A stretch of 64,000 bases of DNA from Candidatus Hecatellales archaeon. Lineage in GTDB: Archaea; Thermoproteota; Bathyarchaeia; Hecatellales; Hecatellaceae. The notes under the pieces are model-generated. The model saw nothing but the letters and a program-made list of their open reading frames with translations, was not told where the DNA came from and did not search any database. The stretch is taken from contig QMXD01000001.1 of assembly GCA_003661965.1 (NCBI GenBank), forward strand, positions 1,258 to 65,257. Reading direction: 5' to 3'. The position numbers and the translations under genes are program-made. Positions 36,457 through 48,404 of the stretch are shown piece after piece. The stretch's first letter is position 1. The number at the start of each line of letters is the position of its first letter.

Positions 36457-38214
36457 GTGGATTGTTTGTCTAGCACCGATAAATGCCAAAAAATTATGGA
36501 GCTTGCTAGAAGAAGAGGATTCTTCTGGCAGTCCTACGAGATTTATGGTGGGGAAAGCGGTTTTATAGATTATGGTCCACTAGGAGCCCTACTAAAAAGA
36601 AAGATAGAGCAAAAGTGGATTGACGAGTTTGTGAGAAAAGAGGGTTTAATGCTTATAGATACACCAATAATAACACCAAGCATAGTTTTTGAGGCTTCAG
36701 GTCACACAACCTATTTTACAGACCCAGTTACAACATGTAAAAAATGTGGTAGGAAATGGCGTGCAGACCATCTGCTTGAAGAAAAAACAGGAGAATCTTT
36801 TGAAGGTTTAACCCTAGAAGAACTTTACAAAAAAATGTTGGAAAACAATGTTAGGTGTCCTGAATGTGGCGGAGAGCTTGAATCTCCAAAATTTTTTAAC
36901 GAGCTTTTTAAGACAACCATAGGACCCTATAGTGAAAATGTTGGTTATGGCAGACCTGAAACAGCTCAAGGAATATTTTCAAACTTTAAAAGGCTTTATG
37001 AGCTTGCAAGAGGAAAACTGCCTTTTGGGGTTGCACAGGCAGGTAGATGTGTAAGAAACGAGATTTCACCTAGACAAGGTCCTATTAGGCTTAGGGAGCT
37101 AACAATAATGGAGATTGAGTTTTTCTTTGACCCTGAAAACCCTAAATGTGAAAAAATTTTTGAGGTTAAAAATGAGAAGCTTAGACTTCTACCTGAAAAA
37201 CTTCTTTTGGATGGTGTAACCGAACCTATAGAGGTTACTGTTGAGGAGGCTTTAAAAAACGGCTATATAAAGTCTGAATGGAACGCCTACTTTATGGTTA
37301 AAGCCAAAAAGTTTGTTGAAATGTTGGGGATTCCCAGTGAAAAACAGTTTTTTAAGGAGAAGCTTCCAAACGAGAGGGCTCACTATTCCACCCAAACCTA
37401 CGACCAGCTTGTTGAGCTTTCAAGGTGGGGGACTGTTGAGCTTTCAGGTCATGCTTGGCGTTCAAACTACGACCTAAAAATGCATATGGTTTATAGTGGT
37501 GAAGACCTTAGGGTTTTTGTTCCCTACAATAAGCCTCAAAAGGTTAGAAGGCTTTTGGTTGAGCCTAACAAAAAGGCTTTAACAAAAGATTTTGGTGAGG
37601 AGGCTTTAAGGGTTTCTAGGCTTTTAACCTTAACCCAACCTGAATTTATCCGTAAATCTTTAGATGAAAACGGTTTTTATGAGCTTAAGGGTGACGGTAA
37701 AACCTATAGGATAACCTTTGAACATGTAAACCTAAAAGAGGTTGAGGTTGAGGAGAAGGGTAAACGGATTATTCCAAACGTTGCTGAACCATCTTTTGGT
37801 TTAGATAGGCTTTTTTATGCAACCCTAGAATATGCGTATTCTGAGAAGGATGGTAGGGTTGTTTTAAAGCTTCCAAGAGAATTAGCCCCTATAGAGGTTG
37901 CTGTTTTCCCCCTAATGACTAAGGATGGTCTTCCTGAGAAGGCTAAGAAAGTTTACTGTATGCTTTTAGACCATGGTTTTATGGTTGAATATGATGAGTC
38001 TGGAAGTATAGGGAGAAGATACGCCAGAATGGATGAGGTTGGAACACCTATAGCTGTAACCATAGACCATCAAACACTCCAAGACAACACGGTAACCCTT
38101 AGAGATAGGGATACATGGGAGCAGATTAGGGTAAAAGTGGAAAAACTACCCTTAACCCTAGAAAAATACTTTAGGGAAAAAGTTGATTTTAAGGATTTAG
38201 CCAAACTTTGCTAG
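36457..38214 (+). CDS. glyS: Glycyl-tRNA synthetase (archaeal/eukaryotic alpha2 type)
   Basis: IMELARRRGFFWQSYEIYGG N-terminal motif and class II motifs. GTG 36457 or ATG 36496. Confidence 0.85.
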   Translation: MDCLSSTDKCQKIMELARRRGFFWQSYEIYGGESGFIDYGPLGALLKRKIEQKWIDEFVRKEGLMLIDTPIITPSIVFEASGHTTYFTDPVTTCKKCGRKWRADHLLEEKTGESFEGLTLEELYKKMLENNVRCPECGGELESPKFFNELFKTTIGPYSENVGYGRPETAQGIFSNFKRLYELARGKLPFGVAQAGRCVRNEISPRQGPIRLRELTIMEIEFFFDPENPKCEKIFEVKNEKLRLLPEKLLLDGVTEPIEVTVEEALKNGYIKSEWNAYFMVKAKKFVEMLGIPSEKQFFKEKLPNERAHYSTQTYDQLVELSRWGTVELSGHAWRSNYDLKMHMVYSGEDLRVFVPYNKPQKVRRLLVEPNKKALTKDFGEEALRVSRLLTLTQPEFIRKSLDENGFYELKGDGKTYRITFEHVNLKEVEVEEKGKRIIPNVAEPSFGLDRLFYATLEYAYSEKDGRVVLKLPRELAPIEVAVFPLMTKDGLPEKAKKVYCMLLDHGFMVEYDESGSIGRRYARMDEVGTPIAVTIDHQTLQDNTVTLRDRDTWEQIRVKVEKLPLTLEKYFREKVDFKDLAKLC

Positions 38215-38216
38215 CC

Positions 38217-38627
38217 TTATTCACCTAAAACCTCAACCACAACTCTCCTATTTCTAGGTCCATCAGCCTCAACAAGAAAAACGTTTTGCCATGTCCCCCT
38301 TAAAATTCTTGAGTTTTTAACAGGGAAAATTCTTGAGGAGCCTATAAAAGCTGAAGCTAAATGTGCATGAGCATTATCATCTATCCTATCATGCTGGTAT
38401 CCTGCCCCAATAGGAAAAACCTCCTCAACCTTTCTAACAATATCGTTAATAAGCCCATACTCGTTTTCGTTTGCAACAATGGCTGCTGTTGCATGTGGTG
38501 CATGAATTAAACATAAACCGTTTTTTACCCCAGATTTTGTTACAGCCTCCTCAACCTGTCTAGTTATATCCACAATCTCAATTCTTTGTCTTGTTGAAAC
38601 TGAAATTTCATGGAAAAATATTTCCAT
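38217..38627 (-). CDS. YjbQ/UPF0047-family protein (secondary thiamine-phosphate synthase-like)
   Basis: 136 aa with conserved His/Asp pattern (HAPHATAAI...HDRIDDNAHAHL). Confidence 0.65.
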   Translation of the reverse strand: MEIFFHEISVSTRQRIEIVDITRQVEEAVTKSGVKNGLCLIHAPHATAAIVANENEYGLINDIVRKVEEVFPIGAGYQHDRIDDNAHAHLASAFIGSSRIFPVKNSRILRGTWQNVFLVEADGPRNRRVVVEVLGE

Positions 38628-38742
38628 AGGTTTCCCTCCAAACGTTTATAGGTTGCTGTTTATTGACTTAAACGCTAATTTTTTAAATAAGGCTTACCTA
38701 TCTTGTTTTCAAGTCTTTAAGGCTTAAAAGGTTGGATTAATA

Positions 38743-39402
38743 GTGACTTTTCCTCAAGAAACAAGTGAACAGTTAAGACGTAGAATCCTTGAAATCTGCC
38801 AAGACCACATTAGAAAGGTTTTAGATACCCTACGTGAAGTATGCCTCCTAATATCCGCCTACCAAACAGGTGATGAAAACCAGGTTTACCAACACCATAA
38901 TAATGTGGTTAAGTTTAATGAGGAGTCTGCTGCAAAAAAGAAAGCCTTAATGATGGAGGTTGCTGAGGTTGGAGCTGTTCTTTTAAGCAGAGACGACTTT
39001 ATACGTTTATCCTCAGAGGTTTCAACCATATCAGACTATTGTACAGGAATCTCCTACAGAATTATGGAGTTAACAAAAAGAAGGCTTCCTGTTAAAATGG
39101 GGATGATGAAGGAGCTTGGAAACCTGGCTGAGGCTGTGCTTGACTGTGTTATTAGGCTTAGGGAAACAATTCTTGCACTTGTTTATGGTGGACCAAAAGT
39201 TTTTGAGGCTGCTGAAAACGTTGAGTCAGCTGAAAAAATTGTTGATAATATTTATCGGAAGGTTGATTTAACAATTCTTTCAAGCAAAATGAAGGTTTCA
39301 GTTATTCTTTTGCTTAGGGAGGTTGCTGAGTTCTTGGAGGGTATAGCCGACGTCTGTGAAAACGCAAGTGATATAGCAAGAATTCTTGCTATAACAACAT
39401 GA
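38743..39402 (+). CDS. DUF47/PhoU-like family protein
   Basis: ~219 aa helical protein matching DUF47 size and pattern; weak assignment. Confidence 0.4.
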   Translation: MTFPQETSEQLRRRILEICQDHIRKVLDTLREVCLLISAYQTGDENQVYQHHNNVVKFNEESAAKKKALMMEVAEVGAVLLSRDDFIRLSSEVSTISDYCTGISYRIMELTKRRLPVKMGMMKELGNLAEAVLDCVIRLRETILALVYGGPKVFEAAENVESAEKIVDNIYRKVDLTILSSKMKVSVILLLREVAEFLEGIADVCENASDIARILAITT

Positions 39403-39413
39403 GAAATTAAACC

Positions 39414-39968
39414 ATGCAAAAAACAAAGTTTGAAGCGTATCTGGTTGAGAATAGGCTTATCGTCTGGAATCCTAAACATGGAAGTGAGCTTTATAGGCTT
39501 GGATACTATGGGAAACCGTTAGGGATACCTAAACCAAAAACACCAGAATTTAAGGTTCCCCTACTACTAGACCTCCTAGAAGGATTATATTTAAAGGAGA
39601 AGGGGCTACTAACCATCTACACAAACGGAAAAAAACTAACAAAAAGAGAGCTTATAAAAATAGCCAAAAAAACCTATGAAGATTTTCTTCTAAAATATAT
39701 GGTTTATAAGGATTTAAGGGAGCATAATCTGGTTGTTCAGCCTGGAATAAAGTTTGGATGTGATTTTGCTGTTTATGAGCATGGTCCAGGTATAGACCAT
39801 GCACCCTACCTAATCCAAGTGAAAAAACCAGAGGAAAACATAGATGCAACAGAGATTGTTAGAGCTGGAAGGCTTGCAACAACAGTGAGAAAAAGGTTTA
39901 TTATAGCAACACCAAACCCTAAAACTAAAAAAATAGCCTATCTAATGTTTAGATGGTGGAAAGCCTAA
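39414..39968 (+). CDS. endA: tRNA-intron (splicing) endonuclease
   Basis: YKDLREHNLVV...GIKFGCDFAVYEHG...H catalytic block, 184 aa. Confidence 0.8.
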   Translation: MQKTKFEAYLVENRLIVWNPKHGSELYRLGYYGKPLGIPKPKTPEFKVPLLLDLLEGLYLKEKGLLTIYTNGKKLTKRELIKIAKKTYEDFLLKYMVYKDLREHNLVVQPGIKFGCDFAVYEHGPGIDHAPYLIQVKKPEENIDATEIVRAGRLATTVRKRFIIATPNPKTKKIAYLMFRWWKA

Positions 39969-39990
39969 AAAGTTTGGGGTGTATTAGAGA

Positions 39991-40431
39991 GTGGAGGAAG
40001 AATGTGTTTTTTGCAAAATTGTTGAGGGAAAACTTAAAGCTTGGAAAGTTTACGAAGATGATTCTACCCTAGCCATCCTTGACATTAAACCTGTAATGGA
40101 TGCTAGAAACATAGGTCAATGTGTTGTTTTCCCCAAAAAACACGTTAGCAAATATTATGAGCTTGATGATGAGGAGCTTGCTAAACTATTTAAGGCTGTA
40201 AAAAGGGTTGCCATAAAAATTCTTGAAAAACTTAAACCAAAATATTTAACCACGTTTGTTAGGGGGATGAGGGTTCCAGGACATGCACACATCCTTCTAA
40301 TTCCTTCAACAGGTGAAAGTGCTTGGGATATGATGTTGGAGGCAAGCTACCTATGCTGGTTAAAGATTCCCCCACTTTCAGAGGAGGAGATGGAGAAGGT
40401 TGCAAAACTGTTAGGAGCAACCAAAACATAA
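39991..40431 (+). CDS. HIT-family protein
   Basis: N-terminal CVFCKI, His-rich motif GHAHILLIP. Confidence 0.55.
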   Translation: MEEECVFCKIVEGKLKAWKVYEDDSTLAILDIKPVMDARNIGQCVVFPKKHVSKYYELDDEELAKLFKAVKRVAIKILEKLKPKYLTTFVRGMRVPGHAHILLIPSTGESAWDMMLEASYLCWLKIPPLSEEEMEKVAKLLGATKT

Positions 40432-40456
40432 TTATCTAAAGACTACGTATAAACTA

Positions 40457-40756
40457 TTGGTGGATTTTATGCCTCTATACATAATGTTAACAACACTAAC
40501 AGATGAGGGTAGAAAAACCATAAAAGTTAATCCTGAAAGGATAAAAGAGGTTAATAAGGAAGTTGAAGCAATGGGTGTAAAAATTTTGGCTCAATATGCA
40601 CTTTTAGGACCCTATGATTTTGTTAACATTCTTGAAGCTCCAAACAACGAGGTTATAGCTAAAGTTGCAATAGAGCTTGGTTCAAGAGGAACAGTTCAAA
40701 CCCTAACCATGGCAGCATTAACAGTCGACGACCTAATAAAATCCCTCAAAAAATAG
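40457..40756 (+). CDS. GYD-domain protein
   Basis: LLGPYDFVNILEAPNNE and size (99 aa) typical of the GYD family. Confidence 0.6.
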   Translation: MVDFMPLYIMLTTLTDEGRKTIKVNPERIKEVNKEVEAMGVKILAQYALLGPYDFVNILEAPNNEVIAKVAIELGSRGTVQTLTMAALTVDDLIKSLKK

Positions 40757-40778
40757 TTTCAAAAACTTTTCCCTTATT

Positions 40779-41324
40779 CTACTTTTTGCTCCATGCCTCC
40801 TTAAGCTTCCTGTAGGTTTCGGTTAAGGCTTCAGGAATAACTTTTGTATCCGAGATAACAGGCATAAAGTTTGTGTCTCCAAGCCATCTTGGCACAATAT
40901 GGGTGTGAATATGGTTTTCAACACCAGCTCCAGCTGTTTTTCCAAGGTTTATTCCAATGTTAAACCCATGAGGATTATAAACCTTCTTTAAAACCTCCAC
41001 ACTTTTTCTTACGATTAGAAAATGTTCATTAAGCTCCTCCATACTCATGTCTTCAAGGTTTTTTATGTGGCGGTAGGGTGCAACCATAAGATGTCCATTG
41101 TTGTATGGGTAATTGTTTAAAACAACAAAGTTTTTTTCAGCCCTAAAAACAACAAAATTTTTCTCATCGTTTTTCTTGTCCTTGGAAAACCTACAAAAAA
41201 TACATCCTCTCTCCTTTTTCTCTTTTTTAAGCAGGATATAGTTTATTCTCCATGGAGCCCATAAATGCTTCATCATCCCACCAGTAAAGGCTAAACCACT
41301 TAGAATAAGATAAAACCCAAACAA
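40779..41324 (-). CDS. HIT-family hydrolase (Ap4A/GalT-like) with N-terminal hydrophobic segment
   Basis: Histidine triad HIHTHIVPR; CIFC N-terminal motif. Confidence 0.65.
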   Translation of the reverse strand: MFGFYLILSGLAFTGGMMKHLWAPWRINYILLKKEKKERGCIFCRFSKDKKNDEKNFVVFRAEKNFVVLNNYPYNNGHLMVAPYRHIKNLEDMSMEELNEHFLIVRKSVEVLKKVYNPHGFNIGINLGKTAGAGVENHIHTHIVPRWLGDTNFMPVISDTKVIPEALTETYRKLKEAWSKK

Positions 41325-41375
41325 AATAAAAAACTATTTTAGGCTGGTAAACCTAGTTTAGCGTGGTGAAAAATT

Positions 41376-41624
41376 TTGGAGGAGGAAATAGGTAGGGTTA
41401 CCCACTACTACCCAAAAATAGGTGTTGCTGTTGTTGAGTTAAAGTCAACCCTAAAAGTTGGTGATAAAATTCTGGTTAAAGGTGCAACAACAAACTTTGA
41501 GCAGGTTGTTGAATCTATGCAGATTGAACATAAAAACGTTGAAAAAGCTGAGGCAGGACAGTCTGTAGGATTAAAAGTTAAAGAAAGGGTAAGAGAAAAC
41601 GACAAGGTTTACAGGTTAACCTAA
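41376..41624 (+). CDS. Small beta-barrel protein (EF-Tu domain-2-like fold?), function unknown
   Basis: 82 aa, K/V-rich alternating pattern; weak. Confidence 0.3.
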   Translation: MEEEIGRVTHYYPKIGVAVVELKSTLKVGDKILVKGATTNFEQVVESMQIEHKNVEKAEAGQSVGLKVKERVRENDKVYRLT

Positions 41625-41664
41625 ACCATAATTTTATTAGGGAAATTAAAGTTTTGTTTTTTAG

Positions 41665-42702
<1,038 letters not shown>

Positions 42703-42720
42703 TTTTCCAAAAACTATTTT

Positions 42721-43842
42721 TTATAGGATTGCTCCAAGAAAAACTCCTGCAACAATAGCAGAACCAATAACACCCGCAACATTAGGACCCATAGCATGCA
42801 TTAAAAGAAAGTTTTGAGGATTTGCTTTTTGAGCCTCCCTTTGAACAACCCTAGCTGACATCGGTACTGCTGAAACACCTGCAGCACCAATCAAGGGGTT
42901 TATTTTTTCCTTTAAAAACAGGTTCATAAGTTTTGCGAAAAAAATACCTGTTGCTGTGCATGCTGTAAAGGCTATTATTCCTATTGCAAATATGAGGAGG
43001 GTTGAGGGTTTAAGAAAGTTTTCTGCAGTCATACTTGAACCTACAGCAATTCCCAAAAAAATTGTTAGAATGTTCATAAGCTCGTTTTGGGCTGTTTTAC
43101 TTAGCCTCTCAACAACACCACTCTCCCTAAAAAGGTTTCCAAGCATAAACATTCCTATTAGTGGAGCAGCCTTCGGAACAAAAAGAATGGATACAATCCC
43201 AACAATAATCGGGAAAAGAATTTTTTGCTGTTTTGAAATTTTACGTAAAGGCTTCATAACAATTTTTCTTTCCTCAAGACTTGTCAAAACCCTAATTACC
43301 GGAGGCTGAATCAGCGGAACCATAGCCATATAAGAGTATGCCGCTACAGCAGTTCCACCAAGTAGATGTGGGGCAAGCTTTTGAGTCACATAGATGGTTG
43401 TTGGACCGTCAGCCCCACCTATAATCCCTATAGAACATGCTTCAGGAAGACTAAAACCTGCTAGTATGGCTAGTAAAAGCGAAATAAAGATTCCTATTTG
43501 AGCTGCAAAACCAAGCAGAAAGGTTTTTGGGTCTGCTAGAAGAGGTTCAAAGTCTGTTAATGCTCCAAGACCTAGAAAGATAAGTGGAGGGATAACCTCC
43601 CACTCTATACCATAACGAAAAATTATTTCTAGGAGTCCACCGTTTTCCGTTAAACCTGTAAGTGGAAGGTTTGCAAGAATCGCTCCAAAACCTATTGGGA
43701 GGAGGAGTAGAGGCTCCATCTCCTTTGAGATTGCAAGATAAATTAAAACCAGTCCAATACCTATCATTATAAGGTTTCCTAAGGTTAAACTTTCAAAGCC
43801 TGTCTCAAAAAAGCCAAACATAAATGCTCCCACATCAACCAT
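42721..43842 (-). CDS. Na+-translocating decarboxylase beta subunit (OadB/MmdB/GcdB family)
   Basis: 373 aa polytopic membrane protein with conserved Asp/Ser-containing helices typical of the OAD beta family. Confidence 0.75.
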   Translation of the reverse strand: MVDVGAFMFGFFETGFESLTLGNLIMIGIGLVLIYLAISKEMEPLLLLPIGFGAILANLPLTGLTENGGLLEIIFRYGIEWEVIPPLIFLGLGALTDFEPLLADPKTFLLGFAAQIGIFISLLLAILAGFSLPEACSIGIIGGADGPTTIYVTQKLAPHLLGGTAVAAYSYMAMVPLIQPPVIRVLTSLEERKIVMKPLRKISKQQKILFPIIVGIVSILFVPKAAPLIGMFMLGNLFRESGVVERLSKTAQNELMNILTIFLGIAVGSSMTAENFLKPSTLLIFAIGIIAFTACTATGIFFAKLMNLFLKEKINPLIGAAGVSAVPMSARVVQREAQKANPQNFLLMHAMGPNVAGVIGSAIVAGVFLGAIL

Positions 43843-44192
43843 TAAACGTTAAATTTTTCATTTTTAGAAAGTTTCTCAATTTTTGCTTTCTCCATCCAGC
43901 CAACCTTCTCATCTCTAAGTCTATCTGCAAACTTCCATAAAGAAATTTTTGGCTGAAAAACCGTTGAATACTGTTTTGGTGGGGAAGATAGGCTTCCAGT
44001 ATGAACGGTTAGTGCTCCAAGAATCCCTGCAAAAATCTCGTTTTTAAACTCTGAAAAAAGCTTTTTCTCATATTTTCTTTCTTCTAGTTTGCTTGTTAAC
44101 TCTATCATAACCTTTATTGTAACGGTCAGGATTAGCAGAACAACAAACACTGTAAGAATCCCTACAAGACAAAGTTCAACAACACTAACCAT
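43842..44192 (-). CDS. Putative decarboxylase membrane-anchor subunit (OadG/MmdD-like)
   Basis: Single N-terminal TM helix plus charged tail. Located between the beta and biotin-carrier genes. Confidence 0.4.
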   Translation of the reverse strand: MVSVVELCLVGILTVFVVLLILTVTIKVMIELTSKLEERKYEKKLFSEFKNEIFAGILGALTVHTGSLSSPPKQYSTVFQPKISLWKFADRLRDEKVGWMEKAKIEKLSKNEKFNV

Positions 44193-44194
44193 TC

Positions 44195-44617
44195 TTATCC
44201 ACTCCTAACCAAGACTACCAATGTGTCTTCCGTGGAAACGCTTTCACCAACCCTCACCTTAACCTCTTTAACAACACCCTTAACTGGTGAACGTATTTCA
44301 TTCTCCATTTTCATAGACTCCATAACCAGTAAAATATCACCCTGTAAAACCTCCTTACCAGGGGAAACTGAAACTGAAAGAATTTTTCCTGGTAAAGGAC
44401 TTTTAACAATAAATTCTTTCCCGCTGGGTTTAACCTGAATTTTCTTCTTTTCCTCCTTGATGGATGGTGTTGTGGTCTCTCTACTTATACTAACATTGTA
44501 TTTTTTTCCCTCAATTGTAACGGTCATGGAAATGTTTGTTGAGGATGTCCGGTTAATGGAAACCTCAACCTCATATGGTTTCTCCTCAAACCTTACCTTA
44601 AACCTTCTTTTAGGCAA
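44195..44617 (-). CDS. Biotin carboxyl carrier protein (biotinyl domain)
   Basis: C-terminal ILLVMESMKMENEIRSPVKGVVKEVKV biotinylation motif (E-A/S-M-K-M). Confidence 0.8.
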   Translation of the reverse strand: MPKRRFKVRFEEKPYEVEVSINRTSSTNISMTVTIEGKKYNVSISRETTTPSIKEEKKKIQVKPSGKEFIVKSPLPGKILSVSVSPGKEVLQGDILLVMESMKMENEIRSPVKGVVKEVKVRVGESVSTEDTLVVLVRSG

Positions 44618-44878
44618 CCTTTTTTCTCATCCCCAACCTAAACAAAGTTTACCATATACGGATAACCTGCATTCTAATACGCTATATTTTTCCAAAGATT
44701 AATTCTTCCTTTAAATCATAACATTACATGGCTATATCTCTTTTGCTGTTATCTTCTAAAACTAAACATAGATGTTTATATTAAAGTTGTATTATGCATG
44801 AAAGATTTTATCTTGGCATAGAAAAATAGTTATAAAACTTTAAAAATAAATTCTAGGTTAACTGTGAGTGGTTAAGCT

Positions 44879-46462
44879 ATGAGCGGTGAAAGAGAGATTA
44901 AAGAAAGAATGCTTGAGGAGCTTAAAGCAAAAAAACAAAAAGTTTTAGCGATGGGAGGACCGAAAGGGATAGAAAGACAAAAAAAGCTTGGGAAGCTGAC
45001 GGCAAGAGAAAGAATAGAGCTTCTGCTTGATGAGGGAACCTTTGTAGAGATAGGTGCTCTTGTTAAACATAAAGGTAGAGAGTTTGGTTTGGATAAAAGA
45101 GAGATACCTGCTGACGGTGTGGTAACAGGGTTTGGGAAAATCGACGGAAGAAAGGTTTACGTTTTCTCCCAAGACTTTACAAGTCTAGGTGGAACCTTGG
45201 GTGAAGTGCATGCAAAAAAGATTTGTGAGGTTTTAGATAGGGCTGCAAAAGAAGGCTGTCCAGTCATAGGCATAAACGACTCTGGTGGTGCAAGAATTCA
45301 GGAGGGTGTTGATGCTTTAGCAGGTTATGGGCAAATATTCTTTAGAAACAGTATTTATTCAGGGGTTATCCCACAAATATGTGCTATTCTTGGACCGTGT
45401 GCTGGTGGAGCTGTATATTCTCCAGCTCTAATGGATTTTATTTTTATGGTTGAGGGGATAAGCTATGCGTTTATAACAGGTCCAAGGGTTATTAAACAGG
45501 TTATCGGTGAAGAAATAAGCGAAATGGAGCTTGGTGGACCTATACCCCAACAAGAAAAATCTGGTGTTGTTCATAGGGTTGAAAAAAGCGAGGAGGAGTG
45601 TTTAAGAAACATTAGGAGGCTTTTAAGCTATCTTCCATCAAACAACCTTGAAGACCCTCCAAGGGTTGATGTTGGAGATGATCCTAACAGGAGGGATGAA
45701 GGTCTTTTTGATATTGTTCCAGCAGACCCCATGAAACCATACGACATGTATGATATAATACGTAGGGTTTTTGATAGGTCTCCTGAAGGTGAAGAAGAAA
45801 ACTATTTTGATATTCTTCCAAGGTTTGCACCAAACATTATAACATGTTTTGCAAGATTAAACGGTTACACTGTCGGAATAATTGCTAACCAGCCAAAGTT
45901 TAAGGCTGGATGTTTAGACATAGACGCCTCAGATAAGGCTTCAAGATTTATCAGATTTTGTGACGCTTTTAACATACCCCTAATCAACCTTGTTGACGTT
46001 CCAGGATACCTACCAGGAACAGAGCAGGAGTGGGGTGGAATAATCCGACATGGAGCCAAAATGCTTTACGCGTATTCTGAGGCTACCGTTCCAAAAATAA
46101 CCTTGATAATAAGAAAGGCTTATGGAGGCTCATATTTGGCTATGTGTAGTAAGGATCTTGGTGCAGACATGGTTTTAGCTTGGCCTACAGCCGAACTTGC
46201 TGTTATGGGTCCTGAGGGTGCAGCTCAAATAATATTTAGGGAGGAGATAGCTAAGGCTGAGGATAAGGAGAAGGCTTTAAAAGAGAAAATTAAGCTTTAC
46301 AGGGAGACTTTTGCAAACCCGTATAGGGCTGCAGAATCTCTCCATATTGATGATGTGATAGATCCTGCTGATACACGTCCTATGCTTATTAAAGCCTTAG
46401 AGGCTTCCCTAACAAAAAGGGAGCGGAGACCACCTAAAAAGCATAGTGTTCCTCCGGTGTAA
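44879..46462 (+). CDS. Acyl-CoA carboxyltransferase (methylmalonyl-CoA decarboxylase alpha / propionyl-CoA carboxylase beta, 12S type)
   Basis: 527 aa. Carboxyl-transferase N and C halves (GGARIQEG..., AYGGSYLAM...). Confidence 0.85.
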   Translation: MSGEREIKERMLEELKAKKQKVLAMGGPKGIERQKKLGKLTARERIELLLDEGTFVEIGALVKHKGREFGLDKREIPADGVVTGFGKIDGRKVYVFSQDFTSLGGTLGEVHAKKICEVLDRAAKEGCPVIGINDSGGARIQEGVDALAGYGQIFFRNSIYSGVIPQICAILGPCAGGAVYSPALMDFIFMVEGISYAFITGPRVIKQVIGEEISEMELGGPIPQQEKSGVVHRVEKSEEECLRNIRRLLSYLPSNNLEDPPRVDVGDDPNRRDEGLFDIVPADPMKPYDMYDIIRRVFDRSPEGEEENYFDILPRFAPNIITCFARLNGYTVGIIANQPKFKAGCLDIDASDKASRFIRFCDAFNIPLINLVDVPGYLPGTEQEWGGIIRHGAKMLYAYSEATVPKITLIIRKAYGGSYLAMCSKDLGADMVLAWPTAELAVMGPEGAAQIIFREEIAKAEDKEKALKEKIKLYRETFANPYRAAESLHIDDVIDPADTRPMLIKALEASLTKRERRPPKKHSVPPV

Positions 46463-46468
46463 AAAGGT

Positions 46469-46939
46469 TTGTCAACCCAAGTTTCAAGGGAGGAAGCTGC
46501 CATAATTTCGGCGGCTGTTCTTGCATATATTGCTAAACCTGTAAGTTTTCCACGTGTAAAGGTTTCTAGGGAGGATATTCAAGATATTCTTGAGGAGTTT
46601 GGTAGGGAGCTTACGGAAAAAATTTTGAGGGAGTTTAAGGATTCTCTTGGAAGACTTGAAAGAAGAATTAGTGTTCTTGAGAGGAATTTGGCGTCTTTTA
46701 GAAATAGGCTTACCGAGGTTGAGAAGGCTTTTCTTGGGAAGGGTGGTTTAAGGGTTGAGGCTGGTGGTGGTTTTGGGTTTTTATGGGGACTTGCTAGCAG
46801 ACATGAGGTTGGCTCTCAAAGAGAGTTTATTAAAAATCTTCAAAAACCATCTTCTTTTTGGGGTTTAGTTAGTAAAGTTGAAAAACAACTTTCCCCACCT
46901 AATACACGTAAAAAGAGAACGGTTTTAGCTGGAGGTTAA
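46469..46939 (+). CDS. Hypothetical coiled-coil protein between the carboxyltransferase genes
   Basis: 156 aa, TTG start. N-terminus EEAAIISAAVLAYIA. No confident family assignment. Confidence 0.3.
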   Translation: MSTQVSREEAAIISAAVLAYIAKPVSFPRVKVSREDIQDILEEFGRELTEKILREFKDSLGRLERRISVLERNLASFRNRLTEVEKAFLGKGGLRVEAGGGFGFLWGLASRHEVGSQREFIKNLQKPSSFWGLVSKVEKQLSPPNTRKKRTVLAGG

Positions 46940-46943
46940 TGTT

Positions 46944-48404
46944 TTGGTTCAGATTCATGAGCTAATTTTTAGGGATGCTCACCAGTCACTTTTAGCAACA
47001 AGAATGAGAACTGAGGATATGCTTCCAATAGCCTCAATAATAGACCAGATTGGGTTTTTCTCTTTTGAGGTTTGGGGTGGTGCAACTTTTGATGCATGTT
47101 TAAGGTTTTTGGCTGAAGATCCTTGGGAGAGGCTTAAAAAGCTTAAGGAGGCTATGCCTAACACTCCAATGCAAATGTTGGAAAGAGCTATGAATATTGT
47201 AGCCTACAGAAACTTTCCAGACGACATTGTTATAAAGTTTATAGAGTTAGCCCATAAAAACGGTTGCGACTACTTTAGAATATTTGATGCTGTAAACGAT
47301 TTAAGAAACATGGAGGTTCCGATTAAAACCGTTAAAAGGATAGGTGCTCATGCCCAAGGATGCTTATGTTATGCCATAAGCCCTGTCCACACAGTCGAAT
47401 ACTATGTGGAAAACTTTAAAAAGCTTGAAAAGATGGGTTGTGACTCCCTATGTATCAAGGATATGGCTGGTATGTGTTCACCCCAAAGAGCCTACGAAAT
47501 TATCCGTAGATGTAAGGAGGAGGGAATAAAGATTCCCATAGACCTACACTGCCACACAACAAGCGGAATGACCATGATGACCTACATGAAGGCTTGTGAG
47601 GCTGGAGTTGACATAATAGACTGTGCAATCTCAGCAATCTCATGGGGAACAGGACATCCACCAACAGAATCAGTGGTAGCAGCCCTCCAAGGAACACCCT
47701 ACGACCCAGGATACGACATGGAGTTGCTGATGAAATGTAGAGAATATTTTCTAAAGGTTTGGAAGAAGTATGCTCATCTACATAAGGATGAGGCTAGAAT
47801 AGCAGACCCATCCGTAATCATGCATCAAATTCCCGGAGGTATGATGACAAACCTTATAGTTCAGCTTGAACAGCAGGGTGCAATCGATAAGCTTCCTGAG
47901 GTTTTGGTTGAAACTGCTAGGGTTCAAAAAGATTTTGGTTGGCCTCCACTTGTAACTCCAACCTCCCAGATTGTTGGAACTCAGGCTGTTTTAAATGTGC
48001 TTTTTGGCAGGTATAAGAGGGTGACAAGGGAGACTGTTGACTATATTAGGGGTATGTATGGTAAGCCTCCAGGTGAGATTCCAAAAGAGGTTTATGAGGC
48101 TGTTTTGGGTAAGGATTGGAAAGACAAAATTATTAATTGTAGACCAGCAGACCTTCTTGAGCCTATGTATAAAAAGTGTAAGGATGAGCTTGAAGCTAAA
48201 GGTTTTACACCTAGAGAAGAAGATGTAGTATCCTATGCCATCTATCCTCTTCAAACCGAGAAGTTTTTACGTGGGGAGGTTAAACCTGAGTTTACCTCTG
48301 ATGAGCTTCCACTTGAAACCGAGATGAAGGGTAGAAGGTTTAGGGTTTCTTATGCTGGTGAAGAATATGAGGTAGCTATTAGAAAGTTGGCGGGTAAAAA
48401 ATGA
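46944..48404 (+). CDS. Oxaloacetate decarboxylase alpha / pyruvate carboxylase subunit B carboxyltransferase (5S type, no fused biotinyl domain)
   Basis: IFRDAHQSLLATRM...FEVWGGATFD HMGL-like TIM-barrel motifs. 486 aa. Confidence 0.8.
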   Translation: MVQIHELIFRDAHQSLLATRMRTEDMLPIASIIDQIGFFSFEVWGGATFDACLRFLAEDPWERLKKLKEAMPNTPMQMLERAMNIVAYRNFPDDIVIKFIELAHKNGCDYFRIFDAVNDLRNMEVPIKTVKRIGAHAQGCLCYAISPVHTVEYYVENFKKLEKMGCDSLCIKDMAGMCSPQRAYEIIRRCKEEGIKIPIDLHCHTTSGMTMMTYMKACEAGVDIIDCAISAISWGTGHPPTESVVAALQGTPYDPGYDMELLMKCREYFLKVWKKYAHLHKDEARIADPSVIMHQIPGGMMTNLIVQLEQQGAIDKLPEVLVETARVQKDFGWPPLVTPTSQIVGTQAVLNVLFGRYKRVTRETVDYIRGMYGKPPGEIPKEVYEAVLGKDWKDKIINCRPADLLEPMYKKCKDELEAKGFTPREEDVVSYAIYPLQTEKFLRGEVKPEFTSDELPLETEMKGRRFRVSYAGEEYEVAIRKLAGKK

